Part shown: positions 7,543 through 15,995 of the stretch, in pieces
Numbering within the stretch: the stretch's first letter is position 1
How the letters are laid out: each line of letters starts with the position of its first letter
Assembly: GCA_945901085.1 (NCBI GenBank)
Contig: CAMDJV010000016.1
Coordinates: forward strand, 16,146 to 40,145
Direction of reading: 5' to 3'
DNA: 24,000 nt
Source: Rhodovarius crocodyli
GTDB lineage: Bacteria; Pseudomonadota; Alphaproteobacteria; Acetobacterales; Acetobacteraceae
Notes under the pieces: model-generated
Seen by the model: the letters and a program-made list of their open reading frames with translations, nothing else
What the model was told of the DNA's origin: nothing
Database searches by the model: none
Program-made: the position numbers and the translations under genes

Positions 7543-8859
7543 ATGTCTCTTTTCGGTGCCATGACCACGGCTATCAGCGGCCTGAACGCCCAATCACGCG
7601 CGCTGACCAATGTCTCCAACAACCTCGCGAATAGCCAGACCGTGGGCTATAAGCGGGTGGACACCAGCTTCATCAACCTGGTGACGCAATCCTCGCGCAG
7701 CTCCAATTCATCAGACACAGTGCGGGCCCGGCCCGATTATACCAATTCGGTGCAGGGCACGGTCGAACAGTCGGATAGGCCGAGCTCCCTCGCCATCAGT
7801 GGCCAGGGTTTCTTTTCCGTCGCGGCATCGCAAGGTGAAAAGAATGGGGTGGCGGTCTTCGATGAGCGGCAATTCGTCACCCGCGCCGGCGATTTCCAGG
7901 TGAACACGAAAGGCTATCTGGTCAACAGCTCTGGCTACTATCTGCAGGGCTGGCCGCTGGGCGGCATCGGCGAGCCAGACCGCACCGCATTGGCCCCGTT
8001 GCAGATCAGCGGGCAATTGTTCAACCCGGTGGAAACCACGCTGATTGAACTGGCGGCCAATCTGCCTGCCGATGGGGTGACACCGGTGAATACCCAATTG
8101 CCGCTGTATGACGCGCTGGGCTCCTCGCATGTCGCGAACCTCACCTTCAAGCCGGTCACCACCCCCGGCCCGCCGCCGGCAGGGACGAGCCAATGGGACC
8201 TGGACATAACGCTGCCCGATGAGGCGGTGCCCACCACCCGCAGGGTGCGGTTGCATTTCGGTGCCACGGCCACACCGCCGGTGGATGCGGGCACGCTCGG
8301 CGGCTTCACCGCAGCCACCAACCTCACCGCGGGAACCACAGCGCTCGGCGATGGGGCGACGCTGGCCTTCTCCAGCGATCTGGGTGAAGGCCGACAGGAT
8401 ATCGTGCTCAATCTGGGCAAGATCGGATCGGCGGGCGGCCTGACGCAATTCGCCGCGCGGGAATTCTCGGTGCGCAATATCGCGCAAAACGGCGTGCCGC
8501 CAGGCTCCTATTCGGCGCTGCAAATCGCCGATAATGGCAATATCACGGTCAATTATGACAATGGACAATCCCGTGTGGTGGGCCGCATCCCGCTCGTCAC
8601 CTTCTCCGATCCCAATGCGCTGCAACGGCTCGACGGGCAGGCCTTCATGCGCACCGTTGAGAGTGGCGAGGCGCGGGTAACCGATGTGGCGACCGATGGC
8701 GCGGGGCAGTTGGTGGCGGGTTCGGTCGAGCGCAGCAATGTCGATATCGCCAGCGAATTCACCAAGCTGATCGTCGCCCAGCGCGCCTATACCGCCAACA
8801 CCAAGGTGGTGACCACGACCGACGAGTTGCTGCAGGACACGATCAACATGAAGCGCTGA
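7543..8859 (+). CDS. flgE: Flagellar hook protein FlgE
   Basis: 438 aa from ATG 7543, with AGGA 6 nt upstream. The N-terminus MSLFGAMTTAISGLNAQSRALTNVSNNLANSQTVGYKR and the C-terminus ERSNVDIASEFTKLIVAQRAYTANTKVVTTTDELLQDTINMKR are the conserved rod/hook terminal domains. The track's 739-aa ORF is an upstream over-extension. Confidence 0.94.
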   Translation: MSLFGAMTTAISGLNAQSRALTNVSNNLANSQTVGYKRVDTSFINLVTQSSRSSNSSDTVRARPDYTNSVQGTVEQSDRPSSLAISGQGFFSVAASQGEKNGVAVFDERQFVTRAGDFQVNTKGYLVNSSGYYLQGWPLGGIGEPDRTALAPLQISGQLFNPVETTLIELAANLPADGVTPVNTQLPLYDALGSSHVANLTFKPVTTPGPPPAGTSQWDLDITLPDEAVPTTRRVRLHFGATATPPVDAGTLGGFTAATNLTAGTTALGDGATLAFSSDLGEGRQDIVLNLGKIGSAGGLTQFAAREFSVRNIAQNGVPPGSYSALQIADNGNITVNYDNGQSRVVGRIPLVTFSDPNALQRLDGQAFMRTVESGEARVTDVATDGAGQLVAGSVERSNVDIASEFTKLIVAQRAYTANTKVVTTTDELLQDTINMKR

Positions 8860-8903
8860 AGCGCTTGGCCACGATAACGCCACTGCCAGGATAACCCAAC
8901 ATC

Positions 8904-10436
8904 ATGAGCCTCGACGCCGCCTTCAGCATCGCCCGATCGGGCCTGGCCGCAACCCAGCGCGCGCTGGCCCAGGCCTCGCAGAACATCGCCAATGCAGGCA
9001 CCGAGGGCTACACGCGCAAAACGGTTTCGAACGTATCGGCCGATTATGCCGGCCAGCCGCTCGGCGTGCGCAGCGCCGAGGCGCGACGTGAGGTGGATCT
9101 GGCGCTGCTGGCCGAGCGCGATGGCCGCGGTGCCGCCGCCGCAGCCGCCTCGGCGCGTGAGAGCCTGCTGGCCGGCATTGAGGCGGTGCAGGGCCGGCCG
9201 GAGGATGCGACATCGCTGGGCAATGCCCTGGGCAGCCTGCGGGAAGCCTTCACCACCCTGCGCGCCAACCCAGCCGACCCAGAACTGGCCCGCGCGGCAC
9301 TCAACGCGGCGCAGAGCGTGGCCAACCGCATGCAGGATGCCGGCCAGGCCATCCAAACCGCCCGGCAGCAGGCGCAGGATGGCATCGTCACCGAGGTGGG
9401 CCGCGCCAATGACGCGCTGCGCCAGATTGCTGAACTCACCCGCCTCATCAGCGCCAATCGCGGCGCGGGCCGCACCACGGCCGATCTGGAGGATAAGCGC
9501 GACCTTGCGATCAGCACCTTGTCTGAAACGCTGCCGGTGCGGCCACTGCGCCAGCCCGATGGCGGCCTGGTGCTGATGGGGCGCAATGGCCTGACGCTGC
9601 CGCTGCCCTCGGCGGGCGAGGACATCCTCGCCACCGATGCCGCGGTCGCGGGCCCGAGCAGCTATTATGGCACGGGTGGCAGCCTGCCGGGGGTGCGGAT
9701 AGGCCCGCTCGATGTCACCCGCAGGATATTGGGCGGAAGGCTCGGCGAATATGTCGCCCTGCGCGACCAGGTGCTGCCCCGCATGCAGGCCGAGATCGAC
9801 GTCTCGGCAGTCGAACTGGCGGGGCGCCTGGATGCGCAGGGGCTGCGGCTATTCACCGATGCCTCGGGCAATATACCCGACCGCACGCTCGGCTATGTCG
9901 GCGGCGGATATGCCGGTTTCGCCCAGGCCATCCGGGTGAACAGCGCGGTGGAGAACAACCCAGCAGCATTGCGCAACGGCACGCATGTGGTGGTGGCTGT
10001 GACGGGCGGCCCCAGCGCTTTTACGCCCAACCCTGCGGGTGGTCCGGCCGGCTTCGTCACCCTGCTGGACCGGGTGCTGGACCATTCGCTGGGCAGCACG
10101 GCCGCCGATGGCAATCCCTGGCCGGGCTTTCCCAGTGCCGGGCTGGGGCCAGATGGCAGCCTGACCTCGGCCATCGCCAATGCGCGCAACCTGGAGGATT
10201 ACGCCACCCAATTGGTGCGCGTGCACACCCAAGCCCGGGCCGAGGCGACGACCGCGAAGGACAACGCCACCTCGATGCAACAGGGCATCGCCGCCAGAAT
10301 CAGCAAGCAATCCGGCGTGGATTCAGACGCCGAAATGGCGGCCATGGTGCAGTTGCAGAACGCCTATGCCGCCAATGCAAGGGTAATGAGCACCGCCCAG
10401 GCGATGTGGGATGCGCTGATGGGCGCGGTGCGTTGA
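8904..10436 (+). CDS. flgK: Flagellar hook-associated protein 1, FlgK
   Basis: 510 aa. N-terminal SGLAATQRALAQASQNIANAGTEGYTRK and C-terminal VDSDAEMAAMVQLQNAYAANARVMSTAQAMWDALM. It follows flgE. Confidence 0.9.
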   Translation: MSLDAAFSIARSGLAATQRALAQASQNIANAGTEGYTRKTVSNVSADYAGQPLGVRSAEARREVDLALLAERDGRGAAAAAASARESLLAGIEAVQGRPEDATSLGNALGSLREAFTTLRANPADPELARAALNAAQSVANRMQDAGQAIQTARQQAQDGIVTEVGRANDALRQIAELTRLISANRGAGRTTADLEDKRDLAISTLSETLPVRPLRQPDGGLVLMGRNGLTLPLPSAGEDILATDAAVAGPSSYYGTGGSLPGVRIGPLDVTRRILGGRLGEYVALRDQVLPRMQAEIDVSAVELAGRLDAQGLRLFTDASGNIPDRTLGYVGGGYAGFAQAIRVNSAVENNPAALRNGTHVVVAVTGGPSAFTPNPAGGPAGFVTLLDRVLDHSLGSTAADGNPWPGFPSAGLGPDGSLTSAIANARNLEDYATQLVRVHTQARAEATTAKDNATSMQQGIAARISKQSGVDSDAEMAAMVQLQNAYAANARVMSTAQAMWDALMGAVR

Positions 10437-10449
10437 TGGAGATAAGCTG

Positions 10450-11508
10450 ATGGATGCGCTCTCTCGCCTGAATGCCGATGCCTCGCTGCTGCGCGCAAGG
10501 TTGGACATATTGAGCCGGCAGGCCTCCTCCGGCCGCAAGACGGACCGGCTGGGTGACCTGCCGCACGAGGCGCCGCAGCTGGTCAATCTGACCAATGACA
10601 TGGCCCGCCGCGAGGTCTATGGCCGCGCCATCGACCAGAGCACCACCAGCATCACCGTCACCCAGGCCAGCCTGCAGCGGCTGAAGGACATCGCCAGCGC
10701 CTTCCGCAGCGAGGTGGCGATGCGCCTCGATGCGAAGGATCCGGCCGCGCTGGCCGTCTTTCAGGAACGGGCGCGGGTGGCCGCGGTGGAGGTGGGCAAT
10801 CTGCTGAACACCCAGGTCTCGGGCGAATATCTGTTCGGCGGCAGCGACCTCACGCACCCGCCCGTGCCCAACCCGCAGGCCCTGATGAGCAGCGGCATGG
10901 CCACCAGCATCGCCACCGCCATCGGCGGGTTGAACAACAGCAATGCAAGCGCTGTGGCCGCGGCAACATTGACAGCCGCGCAGAATACAACGGCCGGCAA
11001 CTCGCCCTTCTCCGCCTTTCTGGAAGACCCCGCCGGTGGCGCCAATGAGGCGCGGCGCAGCGTGCCGGCGGCAGATAACCAACTGGTGGCCTATGGCGTG
11101 CCCGCCAATCGCAACGCCGTGGCGCAGAGCATGGGCGAGACCACCGGCAGTTGGGCGCGCGACCTGCTGCGCGGGTTGTTCAGCGTGGCAGCGCTGGGCC
11201 CCGCCCAGGCGCAATTCGGCCAGGGCTTCGGCGATTTGGCGACCAGGCTCCGAGAAGGCTTCGCCTCGGCCGAGAGCGCGCTGTCGGAGGAGATGGGCGC
11301 GCTGGGCAATGTGGCGCGACACCTCGAGAGCACCAAAACCCGTCACCAGGACATCAGCGACATTTTGCAAAGGCAGATCACCGGCATCACCGATGTGGAC
11401 ATGGCCACGACCCTGACCCAGCTGCAGGGCACGCGCACGGCGCTGGAGGCGAGCTACCGCGTCACATCGAGCCTGGGCGAACTGACGCTGAGCAAATTTC
11501 TGCGCTGA
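10450..11508 (+). CDS. flgL: Flagellar hook-associated protein 3, FlgL
   Basis: 352 aa with a flagellin-like N-terminal heptad region. The C-terminus is VDMATTLTQLQGTRTALEASYRVTSSLGELTLSKFLR. It lies directly after flgK and has a GGAGA Shine-Dalgarno. Confidence 0.85.
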   Translation: MDALSRLNADASLLRARLDILSRQASSGRKTDRLGDLPHEAPQLVNLTNDMARREVYGRAIDQSTTSITVTQASLQRLKDIASAFRSEVAMRLDAKDPAALAVFQERARVAAVEVGNLLNTQVSGEYLFGGSDLTHPPVPNPQALMSSGMATSIATAIGGLNNSNASAVAAATLTAAQNTTAGNSPFSAFLEDPAGGANEARRSVPAADNQLVAYGVPANRNAVAQSMGETTGSWARDLLRGLFSVAALGPAQAQFGQGFGDLATRLREGFASAESALSEEMGALGNVARHLESTKTRHQDISDILQRQITGITDVDMATTLTQLQGTRTALEASYRVTSSLGELTLSKFLR

Positions 11509-11671
11509 GGCGATGGGTTTGCCGCGGGAATCGGGGCCGGCTTCATCGGCCGTTAACACCGCGCGGTGATGATGCACGAAGGCGGTTGCGGGCGTGATCT
11601 CATCCCGCAGCCGGCTGGTAAAAACGCCCATCATTGCGCCAGAACGGCACTTGGGGGGTTGGGCTGTCACA

Positions 11672-12124
11672 ATGGAGGCAAAAACCTTGTCCACACTGGT
11701 CCTCGAACTCCGCCAAGGCGATTTGATGGTCGTCAATGGCGCGCCGATCCGCTTTCGCAACCGCACCCGTATTGAACTCGCCGCGCGGGCGCGTTTCCTC
11801 TTCGGCAAGCAGATCATGGCACCCGATGGCGCGAATACCCCGGCCCGGCGCATCTATTTCGCGCTGCAAACCGCCTATATCGGCGCCGATGAGGAACGCA
11901 TCGCCGGGCTTACGGCGGCGCGCGGCCTGATCAGCGAATTCCAGGAGGCCACCACCTCCGCCCTCGCGCGTGACCTGCTGGCCCAGGCCCTGGCCGCCGC
12001 CAATACCGATGATGGCTATACGGCGCTGAAGCTGGCCCGCAGGGTGATGCGCCATGAGGAGGAGGTGCTCGGCATCGCCCCCCTGCCTGCGCCCCGGCGC
12101 GAGCAGCCCGGCCTGTCAGCCTGA
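11672..12124 (+). CDS. flbT: Flagellin translation regulator FlbT
   Basis: LVLELRQGDLMVVNGAPIRF...GKQIMAPDGANTPARRIYFALQTAYIG parallels my recollection of Caulobacter FlbT (LSLKPGEKFVLNGAVV...TPARHIYFPVMMMYL). I prefer ATG 11672 (150 aa) to the track's upstream start at 11594. Confidence 0.85.
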   Translation: MEAKTLSTLVLELRQGDLMVVNGAPIRFRNRTRIELAARARFLFGKQIMAPDGANTPARRIYFALQTAYIGADEERIAGLTAARGLISEFQEATTSALARDLLAQALAAANTDDGYTALKLARRVMRHEEEVLGIAPLPAPRREQPGLSA

Positions 12125-12127
12125 GCC

Positions 12128-12880
12128 ATGTCGGGCAGCGTCGGCAGCTTCGGCGCCAATCCTGTCCTGGCCTTCCGCCAGGCGAGCAAGGCTGCGCAGG
12201 AGGCGCGCGATCTTGCCCGCATCGCCAAGGAGCCTGACCTTTCCCGCACCATGGCCCAGTTCAAGCTGGCAGTGGACAAGGCGGGGGATATCAAAGCCGC
12301 CCTGCGCGACCCCCGGGTGCTGGCCGTGCTGGGCACAGCACTCGGCCTGCCAGAGGCTGCGGAGCAGGCGGGCCTCGCCCGGCAGGTCCTGCTGGCTGAC
12401 CCGGCCAATACCGCAAGCCTGCCCCATCGGCTGAGCGATAAGCGCTGGCTGGCCATGGCGCAAACCCTGAACCTCGCCAAAAACGGTATTGAGGGCCTGC
12501 GTGACCCAAAGCTGCAGGCCAACCTGATGGAAGGCCTCAAGGCCGCCCGGCGGCGAGAGGAATTGGAGGCAAAGACCCCCGGCGTGGGTGATGCGCTGCT
12601 CTTCCAGCAAAAGGCCGCCGGGGCCACCAGCAGCCTTGAAGTGCTGGGCAACCCGATTCTGCGCCGGGTCGTCACCCGGGCGCTGGGCATTCCACAGGAA
12701 ATTGCCGTGCAATCGGTGGAGGCGCAGGTGCGCGCCCTCGATAACCGCTTCGATGTCGCCAAGCTGCAAAACCCCCGGGAGGTGCAGAAAATGGCTGAGC
12801 GCTACCTGACCAATCTCAGCCTCAGCACGGCCGCAGGCGGGGGCAGCAACGGCCTGGCCCGCTATGGGCTCAAGGTATAG
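12128..12880 (+). CDS. DUF1217-family protein associated with flagellar clusters
   Basis: 250 aa with two repeats of the DUF1217-like pattern: LRDPRVLAVLGTALGLPE...VLLADPANTASLPHRLSDKRWLAMAQTLNL and LGNPILRRVVTRALGIPQEIA...LQNPREVQKMAERYL. The start is 3 nt after the flbT stop. Family assignment is from memory of the Pfam pattern. Confidence 0.75.
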   Translation: MSGSVGSFGANPVLAFRQASKAAQEARDLARIAKEPDLSRTMAQFKLAVDKAGDIKAALRDPRVLAVLGTALGLPEAAEQAGLARQVLLADPANTASLPHRLSDKRWLAMAQTLNLAKNGIEGLRDPKLQANLMEGLKAARRREELEAKTPGVGDALLFQQKAAGATSSLEVLGNPILRRVVTRALGIPQEIAVQSVEAQVRALDNRFDVAKLQNPREVQKMAERYLTNLSLSTAAGGGSNGLARYGLKV

Positions 12881-12886
12881 ATGTTT

Positions 12887-12922
12887 CTGCCCCGGGGTTT
12901 GACGCCGGGCATATCGGGGCAG
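12887..12922 (+). terminator. Stem-loop after the DUF1217 gene (possible terminator, no U-tract)
   Basis: CTGCCCCG (12887-12894) pairs with CGGGGCAG (12915-12922) across a 20-nt loop. An alternative inner pairing is CCCGG/CCGGG. No T-run follows. Confidence 0.3.
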
Positions 12923-12935
12923 ATGGTGCAGCGCA

Positions 12936-13976
12936 GTGCAGCCCACGATCACCACCCACCTCATCACGCTCATCACGGCCACCGCCGGCGGGGCGCTCTT
13001 CACCCTGGCCCATGTGCCGCTGGCCTGGATGATCGGCGCCCTCTTCGCCACCGCAGCCCTCGCCTGGTTTCGCCCCGTCGCCGTGCATGGGGTGGTGCGG
13101 CCGGTGGCGCTCATCATGCTCGGGCTGGGGCTGGGGCAAACCTTTTCCGGCCCGGTGATGGAGGCCGTGGCGGGGGCGATGCCGGTGCTGGTGCTCGCGG
13201 CCTTGCTCTCCATCCTCGCCGGCCTGGCCGTCGTGCCCTTCTTCACCCGAATGACCGGGATGGACAGCCGCACCGGCTATTTCTTCTCCGTCCCCGGCGG
13301 CGTGGTGGTGATGGCGGTGCTCGCCCAGCGCGAGGGTGTGGCCATGGCGCCGGTCACCCTCGCCCAGACGATTCGCGTGCTCGTCGTCGTGCTCACCTTT
13401 CCGCTGGTTCTGGGGTTTTTCGCCCATCACGCCGATGACGCGGCGTTTTCCACCGCCAGGCTGCCGGTGCAGCCGCTCTGGCTGGGGGTGATGATGCTGG
13501 GCGCGCTGGCGGCGGCACTGCTGATGCGCCGCACCGGGGTGGCCAATCCATGGATGCTGGGGCCCTTTGGCCTCACCATCGCCCTGGCCGCCACCGAAAA
13601 CCTGCCCTCGGGCGTGCCCAACATCATGGTCATTATGGCGCAGATCGGCATGGGCACCGCGCTGGGGCAGCGGCTGACGCGCGATTTCCTGCTGCGCTCG
13701 CACCGGCTGGCCTGGGCCTCGGTGCTCTCCTCGCTGGCGCTATCGCTGCTCTGCTCGATTTTGGGCCTGGCGCTCGGATGGGCTACCGGCCTGCCGCAGG
13801 CCGCCGTGGTGCTGGGCATGGCGCCGGGCGGCATGCCGGAAATGGCGCTCACCGCCAAAGCGCTCGACCTTGCCGTGCCGCTGGTGCTGGGCTTTCACCT
13901 GACCCGCACGGTGCTGTGCAATTTCCTCGTCGGCCCCGTCTATCGCGCGGCAAAAGCTTTGCGGCTTCTCGCCTGA
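12936..13976 (+). CDS. AbrB-family (duplicated AbrB / putative ammonia monooxygenase-like) integral membrane protein
   Basis: 346 aa with a GTG start and a polytopic hydrophobic profile. The N-terminus LITLITATAGGALFTLAHVPLAWMIGALFATAAL and the second half ANPWMLGPFGLTIALAA fit the duplicated AbrB membrane domain. Confidence 0.75.
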   Translation: MQPTITTHLITLITATAGGALFTLAHVPLAWMIGALFATAALAWFRPVAVHGVVRPVALIMLGLGLGQTFSGPVMEAVAGAMPVLVLAALLSILAGLAVVPFFTRMTGMDSRTGYFFSVPGGVVVMAVLAQREGVAMAPVTLAQTIRVLVVVLTFPLVLGFFAHHADDAAFSTARLPVQPLWLGVMMLGALAAALLMRRTGVANPWMLGPFGLTIALAATENLPSGVPNIMVIMAQIGMGTALGQRLTRDFLLRSHRLAWASVLSSLALSLLCSILGLALGWATGLPQAAVVLGMAPGGMPEMALTAKALDLAVPLVLGFHLTRTVLCNFLVGPVYRAAKALRLLA

Positions 13977-14002
13977 GCCCAGGCAGGCCATAAGGGCGAT
14001 GT

Positions 14003-14089
14003 GCGGGCGTGCCGGAATGGTAGACGGATGAGACTTAAAATCTCCCGGCCCCTGGGGCCGTGCGGGTTCGAGTCCCGCCGCCCGCACCA
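14003..14089 (+). tRNA. tRNA-Leu (anticodon UAA), class II with a long variable arm and encoded CCA
   Basis: Hand-folded. Acceptor stem GCGGGCG/CGCCCGC has 7 perfect pairs. The anticodon loop is CTTAAAA (anticodon TAA), the variable arm is CGGCCCCTGGGGCCG, the T arm is GCGGG-TTCGAGT-CCCGC, and the discriminator is A followed by CCA. Confidence 0.9.
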
Positions 14090-14143
14090 CCTTGCGCGTC
14101 TCGGTGTCAGGATTAGGCTGGGCCTCCACGCGGAGGAACAGCC

Positions 14144-15019
14144 ATGAATCGCCTTAAAGTCGGTGACGTCACCATTTCCAGCATCATCGAGCGCGACGGG
14201 CCCTGGCGCGTGGCGGAAACCATGTTCCCCTCCGCCCCCCCCGGCGCCGCCCATGCCCTGCTGCGCGAGATGGACCCGCGCACCTATGAGGCAGCGACCA
14301 ATAAGATGGTCATCACCTACCAAAGCTTCGTCATCCGCACGCCGCACCATGTCATCCTGGTGGATACCTGCACTGGCGAGGATAAGGGCTATCCGGCGCC
14401 GATGGATTTCCCAAAGCAGCCCTGGCTGGATGGGCTGGCGGCGGAGGGGCTGACGGTCGATGATGTCGATTACGTTTTCTGCACCCATCTGCATATCGAC
14501 CATTGCGGCTGGAACACCGTGCTGCGCGACGGGCGCTGGGTGCCCACCTTCCCGCGCGCCAAATACATCTTCCACAAGACGGAATATGCCTTTTGGGAGG
14601 CAGCGGCCAAGCAGGGCCCGGTGGGCAACCACAAGCCCGATGTCTTCCTGATGAATTGCCTGCCGATCATGGAGGCTGGCCAGGCCGTGCTGGTCGATGA
14701 TGATTTCAGCCTCGATGACTGCATCACCATCATCCCCACCCCCGGCCATTCACCCTGCCATTGCTGCGTGAATATTTCTTCCAAGGGCGAGCGCGCGGTC
14801 ATCACCGGCGATCTGATGCACCATCAGCTGCAGGTGAACCAACCCAGCTGGTCCACCATCTTCTGCGCCGACCCCGAGGCCGCCACCCAATCGCGGCTGA
14901 AAATCTTCGAAACCACCGCCGATACCCCCGCCATGCTGCTGCCGGTGCATTTCCCCAGCCCCACCGCGGGGCGGCTGAAACACACCGCCGATGGTTACCG
15001 TTGGATCTTTGTGGATTGA
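14144..15019 (+). CDS. MBL-fold metallo-hydrolase (beta-lactamase superfamily, possibly lactonase-like)
   Basis: 291 aa. Contains the HxHxDH motif in CTHLHIDHCGWN, later TPGHSPCH and GDLMHH metal ligands, and a strong GGAGGAACAGCC Shine-Dalgarno. The substrate cannot be inferred. Confidence 0.85.
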   Translation: MNRLKVGDVTISSIIERDGPWRVAETMFPSAPPGAAHALLREMDPRTYEAATNKMVITYQSFVIRTPHHVILVDTCTGEDKGYPAPMDFPKQPWLDGLAAEGLTVDDVDYVFCTHLHIDHCGWNTVLRDGRWVPTFPRAKYIFHKTEYAFWEAAAKQGPVGNHKPDVFLMNCLPIMEAGQAVLVDDDFSLDDCITIIPTPGHSPCHCCVNISSKGERAVITGDLMHHQLQVNQPSWSTIFCADPEAATQSRLKIFETTADTPAMLLPVHFPSPTAGRLKHTADGYRWIFVD

Positions 15020-15069
15020 CCGGCGGCGCCAGGCCGCACCAAGCTTTTGCCAATAGAGGGAATTGAAAC

Positions 15070-15864
15070 ATGCTCGACCAGCCCAAACAGACGCTGCGCA
15101 TCGAATCCATGCGCGACAAAGTCTCGCCCGCCGAATGGCAGGCGCGGGTGGATACCGCCGCCTGCTACCGCCTCGTCGCGCTCTACGGCATGGATGATAT
15201 CGGCGCCAACCACATCTCCATGCGGGTGCCGGGGGAGGATAACAACTTCCTCATCAACCCCTATGGCATGATGTATGACGAGATCACCGCCTCCTCGCTC
15301 ATCAAGATCGATATCGAGGGCAATGTCGTCGGCAAGACCAGCTATGGCGATTTCGATTTCGGCATCAACCGCGCCGGCTTCGTCATCCATGCCGCCGTGC
15401 ATAAGCATCGCCATGACGCCAATTGCGTCATCCACACCCATACCTGGCCGGGCATGGCCATCTCCTCGCTGGAATGCGGCCTGATGCCGCTGACCCAGAC
15501 GGCGATGCGCTTCACCCATATTTCCTACCATGATTACAATGGCGTGGTGCTGAACGAGTCTGAGCAAGACCGTCTGGTGCGCGATTTGGGCGCCAACAAC
15601 GCCATGATCCTGCGCAATCACGGGCTGCTGACCACCGGCAATACCATCGGCGAGGCGTTCAACACGCTGCACCGGCTGGAAAAAAGCTGCATGGCGCAGC
15701 TGGCGGCCATGGCCTGCAACACCCCCTTCGCCAAGGTACCGCAGGCGGTGCTGGATGAGACCTATATGAATTACCAGCCGGGCACGCGCCGGCCCTATGG
15801 GTTGATGGAATGGCCGGCCATGCTGCGGCAATTGGACCGGCGCAACCCTGGTTATGACGTCTGA
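15070..15864 (+). CDS. Class II aldolase/adducin N-terminal domain protein
   Basis: 264 aa. Contains ANHISMRVPG, GFVIHAAVHKHRHDANCVIHTHT (zinc-binding His cluster) and ILRNHGLLTTG. A GAGGGA Shine-Dalgarno precedes the start. Confidence 0.85.
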   Translation: MLDQPKQTLRIESMRDKVSPAEWQARVDTAACYRLVALYGMDDIGANHISMRVPGEDNNFLINPYGMMYDEITASSLIKIDIEGNVVGKTSYGDFDFGINRAGFVIHAAVHKHRHDANCVIHTHTWPGMAISSLECGLMPLTQTAMRFTHISYHDYNGVVLNESEQDRLVRDLGANNAMILRNHGLLTTGNTIGEAFNTLHRLEKSCMAQLAAMACNTPFAKVPQAVLDETYMNYQPGTRRPYGLMEWPAMLRQLDRRNPGYDV

Positions 15865-15883
15865 TCAAAGGCCTGGGGCGGCT

Positions 15884-15925
15884 TAGAGCGGTTTCACCGA
15901 AAGCGAAGCCGGTGAAACCGCTCTA
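15884..15925. repeat. Perfect 16-bp inverted repeat (hairpin) in the convergent intergenic region
   Basis: TAGAGCGGTTTCACCG (15884-15899) pairs with CGGTGAAACCGCTCTA (15910-15925) across a 10-nt loop AAAGCGAAGC. Confidence 0.9.
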
Positions 15926-15953
15926 GCTTCTGCCGTTACGCATTTCCCGAGTC

Positions 15954-15973
15954 GCCTTGCGAAGCCGCAAGGC
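15954..15973. terminator. Second short hairpin GCCTTGCG-AAGC-CGCAAGGC, a possible bidirectional terminator element
   Basis: Perfect 8-bp stem with a 4-nt loop, 48 nt after the first hairpin. It lies between the convergent aldolase-like and ymdB-like genes. Only a weak T-tract (TTGAAAA) follows. Confidence 0.4.
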
Positions 15974-15995
15974 TTGAAAATGCTGTAATGCCGCC

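Noticed and set aside
8866-8880. A GG-N10-GC match (TGGCCACGATAACGC) between flgE and flgK, considered as a possible internal sigma54 promoter.
   Set aside because: The -12 region (ACGC) is a poor match. The predicted start site would fall at or after the flgK Shine-Dalgarno (AGGA, 8888-8891), only about 12 nt before the ATG. Co-transcription with flgE is more likely.
11594-11671. A 26-codon N-terminal extension of flbT in the track ORF, and the possibility of a hidden flaF in the flgL-flbT gap.
   Set aside because: The extension (MISSRSRLVKTPIIAPERHLGGWAVT) has no FlbT-like sequence. The other frames give only a junk 69-aa ORF (11566-11775). Nothing resembles FlaF.
14090-15995. Genomic island integrated at tRNA-Leu.
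   Set aside because: I found no integrase, no mobility genes and no direct repeat of the tRNA 3' end downstream. Only the compositional dip remains, and that is reported as a low-confidence finding.
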